Origin: Convolutriloba macropyga
Taxonomy: Eukaryota
NCBI RefSeq assembly: GCF_964194025.1
Contig: NC_134474.1
Location: 744,001-808,000 of the forward strand
DNA: 64,000 nt
Direction of reading: 5' to 3'
Made by a program: the position numbers and the translations under genes. Below, one piece after another: positions 1 through 11,600 of the stretch. The notes under the pieces were generated by a model. That model was not told the DNA's origin and did not search any database. It worked only from the letters and a program-made list of their open reading frames with translations. The number at the start of each line of letters is the position of its first letter. Within the stretch, counting starts at the first letter, position 1.

Positions 1-734
1 CAGCATCAAATATGAACCGAGCATTAAGGGATAGAATAGTTCAGGTTATTGAGACTGAGATAGCACAAGTTAGCACAGGTTTAACTATTCTAAGTTAACT
101 TGTAACTTAGATAGAGTTTAAGAGATGTTAAGTTATAACTTAGAGTAGTTAAGTTTAACTTAACTGATTTCCAATTTTGTGCTAAGTTAATATTTTATGA
201 CTTAGAGAGTTCTTAGCTAAGAACAAGTCACAAAATATTCTAAGTTAGAAAAATATCTCAAGTAAGCTGAGATTGAGCAAGGGGGCAATACGGGAGTTTG
301 ATTTTAATTCAGAAGTTATCAGGGACCAAAAAGTGTTGGTAGTTGAGCGTGCAAGCTCCTTTTATACTTGCGGACACGTGGTTCTCTAGTATCCTATTGG
401 ATAGAGATAACAGTGTCGACAGAGTTACCAAGGTCAACTTGGTGTTAGCTGTGTGGCGTGATAATATCACGTCATGGTATTCTCAGTTTAAGTTAGTGGT
501 CTTAAAATAGTAGCTTATTCAAAACTACTTAGTAATTTGTTCACACGTTAAAATGGACTTTGTCCAAATCAAGTTCGTGCTTCACGCACTATAACGTAAA
601 TTCTCAAAATAGCACTAAGGTTATCAAATAGTGCTACTAAGTGTAGCACACTTCAGTACACCACGAAAAGACACGTGCTACGTAACTGGGGGAGCAGAAC
701 TTATTGGGAGACAAACGCAACAGATCCCATTACA
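1..734 (-). mobile_element. Probable LTR (partial, runs off window start)
   Basis: Minus strand begins TGTAATGGGATCTG at 734 (TG start typical of LTRs). Minus-strand TATA-like GTATAAAAGG near 358-367. Composition shifts abruptly to AT-rich after 734. No partner LTR is visible. Confidence 0.4.
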
Positions 735-1246
735 TTCTTCCAATATAGCTACGAACAACTGAAAGTTTCTTCTTAGAGTTCGCATTTGTCAGAGGTCAAT
801 TGTTGCTTTCTTTCGGCCATTTAAAGATTTTAAAAAAATGACTTAATCTGATCTGTCCAGATTGTACACAATTAATTTAAATTTATCCCAAAAAGGAAGT
901 ACGGTAGAATTTCTACAACAATCTTTAATTTTAAATGACATATATGTATTACAGCAGTCTTTGGATCTACATAACAATATGAAGTTTTCAACAACTTTAT
1001 TTTTTCAAATGCCAAACTACTCAGTTCTTTTCAGATAACACGAAAAATCTTGAAATTGTCATATTTTAAAAAATATATATTAAATTTAATTATAGATTTA
1101 CAAATATAAACTTACAGAAATTACAAAATTAAAAATTTTGGGCATTTTTGCACCCGGTCAAAGGGCTCATATTTTGTATATATCTAATGCATGCATTTAC
1201 TTCTTTTTGTCCGCCACGCGTTTAGTCCTCACACAGACATGCCTGG

Positions 1247-4200
1247 TTTTATTGTTCCGACCCCTCTTGAGGGGGGAGGAACTATACACTCAAATGGTTT
1301 TTTTTGTTGAGTCAATTTTGGCCGATCGATATACTCATCGTAGACAGTTGAGACTGGTATCCATTAGAAAGCTTGTCCAGCGTAGAATATGGAATTAAAA
1401 GATTTTTTGGATTTTCGTTTTTTACAGGGAGATATCGAGGTTTAAACTTTCGAGAAAATAGAGTGAATTCCGTTTATTTAATTCAACTTTTTTTCGAAAT
1501 TTTTGACTAAAATTTCGCCAATTTTGATAAAATTTAATAAAATTTTTCAAGAAAACGTTGTTGTTTTTACGTTTAAAGACAAAATATATTGTGGGCTTTT
1601 TTCATTGAATTTTTTTGTCACAAATTCCGGCCAAATATTTCACAAAAATCAGACTTCATCAAAAACGGCACGAAATGGGTTTCTTTAGTCCACTCTGATT
1701 AAACGTGCGTGAAGTGCACACCCAAACACCACTAACACAATCTTTGTAGACTAAAAAGGGGGCTAAGTCTACTTCAACTTCCATTGAGAGTGCTATGTAC
1801 TTAAAACTTTGCCATTTTTTGCAAACTTTTTTCGTTGATTATCAAAAACGCAGCATTTATTTTTGATTTTTTAACTAACAAAATATCTATATCAATGGCA
1901 TCCGAAAAATTAAATAATCCTAATGGACAATCATCATTAGCAGGACTAGTTTTGTACCAATCTTGGACCGTTACAACCCAAAAAAAATCGGACTGTCATC
2001 ACTCAGTTTTTTAAATAAAAAAATTCGATCTTTTTTATACTAATTTAATAACAGAACATTTTAAATCAAAGCTCATTAGTGATAAGTCCTATTGGTTTCC
2101 TAATTAGCTCCAAATTAATTTTTATAGATGATTGCTTGAAAGCTTATGTTCGTTTTGACTTTTAAAATATTTGCTTTTTAAATAAAAAATGGCTTATTCA
2201 ACTTTGCCTCCACTTTTCGCTTAACTTGGTCAACTTGTAGCTTAGTGTCAGCAATCAAAGAGTGCTCCTTCTTTCTGCTAATATCAAAATTAGTCTTTAT
2301 TGCGGTTTTTCGCCTTAAGTTATGGTGTTCTGGCTTTGATGTTACTAGATTTCACAATTTTTTTTTAATTTTTAGGTATTTGCCCAATTTTCATGTTTTC
2401 TAGTTTTGTCAAATTATCACGTTATTGGCAGTTTATACATCTCATTTTTTGCGTTCAAAATAATGCACAATTGATAATATTTAAATCGTTAAAGATACAG
2501 ATTTTGGTTCTTTACCACTTCGACAATACTTTCTCGAAGAATTTAATTAAAATTTTTAAGTTTGTCTTTATTTGTCATTTTTAGTTTCTCTTTTTAGTCG
2601 CATTTATTTTCCTATACAATGACCTGGTTTGATTGGCTTTTCATGGAAAAGTAGATGAGCCGATGTTCTGATATTAGAAGGGAGACGATGGCTTTCATGA
2701 CTTTGAAAACATGTGTTTTCCAAAATGAAAAAAAAAACACTTCAACTTCGCAATTTTGTTCGTTTTATTGTCTGTTTGTTACCTGATCTCGTTTATTAAA
2801 CGTTGAAGATGACATTATTTTTGTCAAGGGAAAGGGTCAAAAGGGATTGGAGTCACAAAATCTATTGTTTTTAAAGAATTAGTTATGACTTTATTGGCTT
2901 CGACACGGGTTTTTCACAAAAATAAAAGTAAATTAATTTTTGACTTTTGTCATATTTGACGTTCTTTTTGTAGACGTAATCATGTTTTGGATAATTGAAG
3001 GTCTCGATGGTTTCCTTGGAAAAATAAACGAACCTGTTCAATTTTTTCATTTTATAATTAATGGCTTTCATGTCTTAGGAGGTAAAATTTTTTTGGATAA
3101 AAACAAGTATTACATAATCTTGCTTTTTGTTCTTTTTTGTCTACTTGTTACCAAGTTTCATTAATGAGAGGTAACATATTACATTTCAAGGGAAGGTTTC
3201 AAAGATATTGACGTCACAAAACCTAATGTTTTTAGAGATTTCGTTATGACTTATTGGCTTCCACACGGGTTATTCACAAAAAAAAGTAAATGAAAGTTTG
3301 ATTTTTGTCATACTTGACGTTCTTTTTGTAGACGTAAGACATATTCTGGATAAATGCAGGTCTCAAAGGCGTCCGTTGGAAGAATGTATGAACCTATTTA
3401 AATTTTTCATTTTGTAATTAATGGCTTAAATGTCTTTGGAAATAATTTTTTTTCGAAAAAAAACAAGTATTACATAATTTTGCATTTTTTTCTTTTTTGT
3501 CTAATTGTTACTTAGTTTCAATAATAAGCGGTCACATAATACATTATCGGTGTTTGATTATGGTGCAATCGAACAAATTTTGGGAGCCAAAGTTTGGCTT
3601 TACGGCTTCCAAAGCATGTTCTGGCAAATTTTAATTGATTTTTTGTTTGTTGTCTGTTTGTTGTTCTTTTTGTAACAGCATTGAAAATTGAATACCGAGA
3701 GTTCTTAATTACCTTCTATAGAAGCATTGGTAATAGTAAACCTATAGGATATTTTATTTGATTCCTAATGGTTTTCTTTACTTTGAAATTAATAGTTTTT
3801 TTTAAAAAAAAATTCAGCGAAATTTCTAACTTTAAGGTTTCTCTGCTTTTTTGTCTAATTGTTACCAAGCCTTGTTATGAACTGGAGAATAACCGTTTTT
3901 ACCTGGTGAATTACAAGTTATTTTGTTTGTTTTCAGTTTTATCTGACGCTATTTTGACTTTGTTATTAAATTTTGTTTTTTTAAACGGACATAAATTTTT
4001 TGATGAAATTAATGTTTGTTGTTGTTGTTTGATTTTGTCGTTCGTCTTCGCTCGCTTTCTTAATATCTGCATATCTCATCAATCTAATGCATCATTTTTT
4101 ACTCCACTGAGTTATTTGCTTTGGAGGCTATCTTTTCGTTCATACGCCAGTTTTTTTGAAAAAAACTTGATTTTTTGTGTTTTTCTATCTGTTCCTCATT

Positions 4201-4265
4201 TGGTAGACAATTATGCCAAAATTGAGTGGGGTCGGAACCTTTTGTGCGGTCGGAACCTCCTTGTT
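1247..4265 (+). mobile_element. Non-autonomous Helentron-like element (HINE/DINE-1 type), family A copy 1
   Basis: 5' subTIR GTTCCGACCCC (1254-1264) inside a 5' hairpin (GTTCC..CCCCTC TT GAGGGG..GGAAC). 3' subTIR GGGGTCGGAAC (4228-4238). Ends CTTGTT with T-rich flanks. Homologous along its length to 55430-58099. Has an internal ~360-bp tandem duplication (~2810-3530). Confidence 0.75.
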
Positions 4266-5599
4266 CTAAGTATATGTTAGCTGTAAATTATGAACAAAAT
4301 TGATTGAAATTGAAGTTAGGAGTACAATTTTGCAAATTACGGAAAGAAATTTTTTCTTCTTAAAAATTTCTTTTTTAATGAACCAAGCCTCTCCTGCTCC
4401 GATAACGAAGCAGTCGTTTGTTTGTAGATGTTTGATTCAAGTGTTAGCTTTCTAACTAAGTCTAACTAACTTTAGCGCAAAAAAACATCAGGCATTTACT
4501 GTTTAAACTTGAGTTCAATCTTTAAAACTACACTCGCTGCCTCGAGGTTTTAGTGAACGATGAAATCGTACCCTGAGTTCTCTAAAACTCTCTGTATATA
4601 CGATTTCGAATTTTCGAAAGATAATTTTTTGAATTTCCGCTATTTTTCAAAATGAGCTTTAAAGTTTATGAGCACTATTGGCGAATAAACAGCTTTTTTA
4701 ACGGGAATATAAGGTTCATTTTTCATAGACGAGAAATATAGCAACAAATATACAGAGTTCTTGTTTGCTCCCGAAAATTTTTTCGGAAAAACCTTTCAAG
4801 GGCTCTCTTAGTCTCCCTAAGTTTTTATGGTTTGACATGGTTGCACATAGCGTCAAGAGAAATTGCATGTATCTATAGAAGAAATCGGCAAGGTGTGGAA
4901 CATTATGCGCTCTAATGAATTGTGGAGAGTGGTGCACAGAAACTTACTGTGGAAGTTAGTTCGTTCAGAACGCGGCAAAAATTCTGAGGACCATTTTGTT
5001 AGTGTGAAAAGTTCAAACTTATCTTTGTCTATCGTGGTTTTATGTGCACCAAACCTGTTTTTGAAAAAACTTTTTAGTCAGCGGTTTTAATTGAAATAAA
5101 GTGACGTTATTTTTGTATTCTAATTGATTTGTTTGTCAATGATGCTCGTACTGATTTTTTCACCTCACATTTAAGTTTTTGTTGATTCCAATTTTTTTTA
5201 ATTAATTTTAATCCACATTTTGCAATTTTGTTGCTGATTTGAAAAGTTATTATTGAATTCTATTAATCGGCCGTTCGGTGCTTCAGTAGAAATTTTGATA
5301 GAAAACTACCCAATATATAATTTGTAAAACCAGCACACCAGATATTCACTTGTGTTTCTATTTTGAAAAACATATGATCTCAAATAACAGAATTTTATCA
5401 TTCTTTCAATCACATATGAAGTCAACCAACGCTTTATACTGACGATTCGAGAGCACTTTTTCAACAATGGGACCCGTTTTTCTATTTCTTTGCACCCATA
5501 TTTATGTTTTATGTATTTTAGTCATTGGGATCATCCTGTACCGTACTGTGGCTTATTGTAGGAGCCTTGTTGTTAGTATCACACTCAAATTTGTTTCAG

Positions 5600-5680
5600 A
5601 GCTTTCGGATGACTGTGAGATCTTCATCGACCCAGAGACTGGCAAACTCTTCATGCGAACTAAGAGTGGAAACATTCTGG
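5600..5680 (+). CDS. Host gene exon, repeat 1 (ELSDDCEIFIDPETGKLFMRTKSGNIL)
   Basis: tttcag acceptor, gtagg donor, 81 nt, phase 1-1. Confidence 0.85.
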
Positions 5681-8600
5681 GTAGGTTCAAAAATGGTTCG
5701 AATATTGCATTACTTCGACGCCTCATACGTTTGGTTGAAATCAATCGTTGAGAACATTAAATTTATGATACGCACCACATATAACTGAAAAAATTTACAA
5801 GGAATTGAAGACAATATTTAAATTTACAAAGAGATAAATGTTTTTAAGTAAAAATTATAAGAGTTGGAATCTTGTAAAAATATTGCTAAGTGGCCGACAT
5901 TTGGTTGAGTAGGTGAGAATTCTACCAGATAACCTTTCTGTCCTATATGAGATTATTTATTTATATAATGTTTTTATTAACCTGTAATAATTAGTTCTAC
6001 CTCAGCTTTATTCTTACGAGGTATTTCTACCACACCTTAATTCTCAGTAAAGAGTTAGTGAGAACTTTCCGGTTGAAATATCTAGGAAGGTGGAATGGCT
6101 GTCTGACCAGCTAGATGTCTGGACGATTGGTGAACATTTGGGAGCTCATATAAATCATGATTTTATATGAAGTCAAAGATAATTGTGTCATGAGCAGGTC
6201 GGACACCATTTCGGAGCTTTTTTTCGAAATTATAGTGTCTTCCCCTGGTATAACTCATAAAATTCTATTGCCACAAGAAATGTCATAATGGTAGTTCCTT
6301 TTTTCATTTTGTTTGTTATATTTGTCGGCTGCAGATATCTTCAAAGTGGTGAAGGAAGTAGCTGCTGCTGCTAATGCTAATAATTCTCTATCCAACCAAA
6401 TCAAACTCGATGGCTCTGCAGCCCCACCCCCTGCCAAGAGCAAAAAGCTTAACAAAAAACCCTTCTTTGGTATGAAAATAGAGAGATCTTGAACCCTGTT
6501 TCAAGCATGTATTTCAAGTTACATCTGTAGATTTAGCTTACACTTATAAACATCTTAGTGTAGTTTTTTAATGCTTCATTTCAGATTCATTACTATGCCT
6601 CGGCTTTTAGACATCTACAATCTGAAAAAAAGTGAAATTTTTTAATTGTGTTTGTTTGTTTGCAGAAATGGGAGATGACATCACAATGTTCACAGATCCG
6701 AGAACAGGGAAGACCTATGTCAAAACAATGTCAGGAAGATTCATGGGTAAGCGCCAAAAAAGCCGGTTTTATAGCAGTAGCAATTTGTTTAATTTTCGTT
6801 AACGTTTTTGATTATCCTGTGAATTTTAACAATTTATTTAATTTTCGTAAACATTTTTGATTATCCTGTGAATTTTAACAATTTATTTAACTTTCGTAAA
6901 CATTTTTGATTATCCTGTGAATTTGGTCTAGTTGAAAATTGAATCATTTTCAGAATATGTTTCCTTTGTCCTTGTTAACATTTTTCATCCTGCAGCTGTG
7001 AACATAATAGTAGCTCTAGTATGTCTTTTCGAACTGATAATTGTTTCTATGCCCAGTATGAGGGCCCAGACCGAAAGTCAAATTGTCCAGACCGAATTTT
7101 AACAAACTAGAGGCGTCGTGCTTTGAAAAATACAGGGTCTGGAAGAATAATACTTGCCTTCTGGGACGGCCTGGACATTCCGATTTCTGTCTGGCACCTG
7201 AATCTGGTTAGCCCACTAGCGCGCCGTTATAAAGGGGTGAAAGTATTCACTGTCGTTTAGGTTTTTATGGTCTAGAAAAGAAAAGGAAACAGTTCCATTA
7301 GTAAAATTTTCGCAAATGATTTTAAATGCGGTTTGTTATTTCAGAGTTGGACGAAGATATGGAGGTGACAATTGATCCAGTAACTGGCAAAATGTTTGTC
7401 AGAACCAAATCGGGAACTCTTAAAGGTACCTCAAACTAACAGCCGCGCTCGAAAAAAACTAAGAGGGTCGATCTCATTATTTACAATAGAGCTGATTGAT
7501 AACTATTTTGTCCTGAAAAGTGTCTGGGAGGAAAATTGCTTTTTTGCTGTTCTGGAATCATTTATATTAATCAAACAATGTTAATTGCTTGCTTATGTGG
7601 TTTATTATGTTTACCGTTTTTTTTAGTCAAATGGCCACAAGAAGTTATAATAAATGTGCACTTGTCAAAACTTTCAATTACATTTCAATGCCAACTGTAA
7701 ATCTGATTTATTATTGCAAAAACAATGCATATTTCTGCGTTAAGCATTTTAAAAACTCGAGACGGCTTAACTCAGAGTGCTATAACTCCAGAAAGTTATC
7801 AAAATCAAGTTTGAAAATTTTCATTTTATGCGACGGCTAGTATGAAAAATTAGGACAAAACAATCAAAAAGATATACACAGAGAATTAGGTGCGTTAGCT
7901 TTTCATGAGTAATGGAAATATGCCTTGAACAAAAAAAACTGAGCCGCGTTTAAAACGCGTTTAAAATTTACTGATAAAATTGTGACTTATATTATTTACG
8001 CTTTTTGTCTTGTTTTTTTCATGTTTAAATTTTACATTTATCATTACCATTTTATGTTTTTTTCATTGTTTTGATTCCAATTGTTCTCATTCCAAATAAG
8101 AAGCCCCGCTCTAATGCTAGGCCACTTACTACTAAAATTGTGATACAAAAGCGATTACTTCTATTTTTCAAACAAAAAAAAACTGAGTCGGTGAAAACGC
8201 ATTTAAAATTTACTGATGAAACTCTGAACTAACTTATTTACAACTTTTTGTCTTGTTTTTTCATACATAAATTTTACATTACCGGTTTGTGTATCATTAA
8301 GCATTACCATTTTATGCTTTTTTCATTTTCCTGATTCCAATTGTTCTCATTCCATATAAGAGGCCCTGCTCTAATTCTAGGCCACTTACTAAAATTGCGA
8401 TACGAAAGCAATTACTTCTATTTTACGGTATAATGTTTTAGAAAACTTGAGCCGACTTTTTACCCAGGTGCTAAAACTCTTTTTTCGGCTGATGTAGGTT
8501 AACTTGGAACTAAGGCCCCTCTTGTTCGCAATTCATTTGACTTTAGCCTCATACTTGAGGTCAGAATATCAATCAACAAATTGATATTCTGACCTCAAGT

Positions 8601-11600
8601 ATGAGGCTGAAAAGCAAACTTTATCACTAATTTTTTCTTATGAAAATGGTAAAATATGAGAAAATTGGAGAAAAGACAAGACTGTATATCTTTGAATTAT
8701 ATTTCAAGAACCTATTTCAGATATATTGTTTTGATTTTTACAGTGCTTAATGATCCCAAAACAAAAGTTTTTCCATGAACTAATTATTTTGTTGTTTTTT
8801 TTTTAAAGTAAATTTACTTAAAGTTATCTTCAGTACAATGAAATTGTCTCCAATATAAAAAATTCAAGCGATGCAGTTGAAAATTAAACACCTGGTTTCT
8901 TGTTTTTTTAAACTCAGGAGTACCGATATCTATCTTTCTCAATTAGTTCCACAAAATTCTTGAAGTCCATCGTCCAAAGTTTACAAAAATTTCTATTTTG
9001 AAAACTTTTGGCTCAGTGATTTGAATTAGGGAAAATTAAAAAATAAAATTATTGTCGAAGAATTTTTGAGAAGCGGACATTTTAGTGGACCTCTTTGTAA
9101 AATTGGCTGACAATACGATTAAAAAATTGTAAAATTTAATTATACGTGACCACTAGTAACGGAAATAAAAAAATCAAGAAGATAATTACAAAACAATAGG
9201 GGTGTTAGTTTGTGTATGAGCAAGTGAAAAATCTCTCGAATAAAAGGTCACAATTTGAGAAGGTAAAAATGCTATAATGATTAGAGATGAAATTCCGAGC
9301 TCAAAATATAACGAATTTTTTTCATGTCTTTCATGCAAAAACTTTAGCATATCGTTCTGTTTTAGAGTATTATTCTGCTCGCTCGGTTCTTTACAATTTA
9401 AAATCAGGCTTCTTGATTTTCTTGAAGTTTAATTGTTCTCCTTCCAAATTGAAACACCTGTTTTAAATCTGGGCTGCCTACAAATAAAATGCTGTGCAAA
9501 CGCACCGAAATTGGTCTCCTTTTTCTATATTCAAGAAAAGATTTTTTTAAAAATCAAGACGACACTTTACCGAGCTAATGACACTTTTTTGGCAGGCGTA
9601 GGTTTAATTGGAACTAAAGTCTATTTTTGTTTGGAATTGTTTTGACTTTAGCCAGTTTTTTTCCGACCTCAGGGATATTCCGACCCAAAAAAAACTGACA
9701 TTCCGACCTCAAGCTAAGATTGAAAAATATATTGAGAAAATCTTTCCCTAAAAATTAATCGATTATGAGGAATTGAAGAAGTGACAAGACTGTACATGTT
9801 CATTTTTTTTCAAAACTTTATTCAGTTACAATTTTTATTGACTATATTATACTTGATTACACAAAAACAAAACCTTTTTCCGTGAGTTGGTGTTTGCTAT
9901 GTTTTGTTTTTGTACTGAATCTATTTTCAAAATAAATTTCTCCACAGTTGTCTTCAAAACAATGCAATTGTTTTGTCAACGAAAAATGTCAAGTGCTTTA
10001 GTTAAATACTAAGTATCTGCTGTTTTGTTACTCTCATCATAGAAATACATTGGTAGATTTTTCTTGACTAATTCCGGGAGAACCTACAAGACAAATGTGT
10101 GTCTGCAAATTTTCAGATATCGAAATCTATTGGCTCAGTGGTTTAAAATTTGGTCAATTGTTAAAGTGTTTATCTGTTAAAGGAATGTTAAGTAGTGGAA
10201 GTTTTCCAATGGTAATTTTTTAGAAAAGTTTCATTATAAATTTTCACTATAGGTGACTGCTAGTATTGAAAACAAAAAAAAAAGAATGTGTTAATTTATA
10301 GGTGTGTTAGCTTTTCGTGAGCAATACAAATATGCATTAATAAAGCAAAAAAAATTGAGCTGGTAAAAACGCTTTCAAGACAAATTGATGAAACTTCAAA
10401 ATTATTTTATCAAAATTTTTCTCTCGTCTTTTTTTTAGTGAAAATCAGTAAGAATAAACTTGGCTCGTAGATACCCGATCGAGCAAACAGTACACTAGAA
10501 GAGATTGGAACGGCAAAATTCTTGAAAAAAAAGACGAGAGAAAAATTTTGATAAAATAATTTTGAAGTTTCATCAATTTGTCTTGAAAGCGTTTTTACCA
10601 GCTCAATTTTTTTTGCTTTATTAATGCATATTTGTATTGCTCACGAAATGCTAACACACCTATAAATTAACACATTCTTTATTTTTTTGTTTTCAATACT
10701 AGCAGTCACCTATATAAATACTAGCAGTCACTCGTCTTTCATAAATTTTCACTATAGGTGACTGCTAGTATTGAAAACAAAAAATAAAGAATGTGTTAAT
10801 TTATAGGTGTGTTAGCATTTCGTGAGCAATACAAATATGCATTAATAAAGCAAAAAAAATTGAGCTGGTAGAAACGCTTTCAAGACAAATTGATGAAACT
10901 TCAAAATTATTTTATCAAAATTTTTCTCTCGTCTTTTTTTTCAAGAATTTTGCCGTTCCAATCTCTTCTAGTGTATTGTTTGCTCGATCGGGTATCTACG
11001 AGCCAAGTTTATTCTTACTGATTCCCCATTTTCAGTTGTTGTCATTTCAAATCAAAGCACCTTTTCTAATTCTGGGTTGCTCAATTATAAACATACATTG
11101 CAAAAAGTACCGAACAAGGTCTCATTTCTTTTTTTTTAAAATATTCGTTTAACGAAACTTGAACCGACATTTTACCGAGCTATAAAGAAGACTCATTTTT
11201 GGGCTGAAGTACGTTAAATTAGAACTAAAGTCAAACTGGTTCGCAATTCACTTGTGTTTAGCCTATTTGTTTTTCAATCAGTAAACTGACATCTTGACCT
11301 CAGGCTAAGACTAAATCAAAAATTTATTCAGAAAATTTTTCTTCAAAAAATATTCAAATATAAAGAATTGAAATAACAAGACTATATTTCTTAATTATAT
11401 TTAAAAAACACTTCACATGAAATGGTTTTTATTCTGTTTAATTACCCCAAAGCAAAACGTTTTTCCTTGAAATAGTTCCCGTGATGTTTCTTTTTTGTAT
11501 GGAAACTTTTTTCATAATAAATTTTTTTAAGTTGTTTTCAGTACAATTCATTAAAGCAAATAAAATATATTCTCGCAATGTAGATAAAAAACTAAATATT

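Noticed and set aside
3768-4280. 170-aa hydrophobic ORF
   Set aside because: It lies in a T-rich repeat interior and is not kept open in the homologous copy at 57570-58099.
7053-7207. Degenerate inverted repeat (CCAG..CCAGAC..GTCCAG)
   Set aside because: Arms are too diverged and there is no clear TSD to call a MITE.
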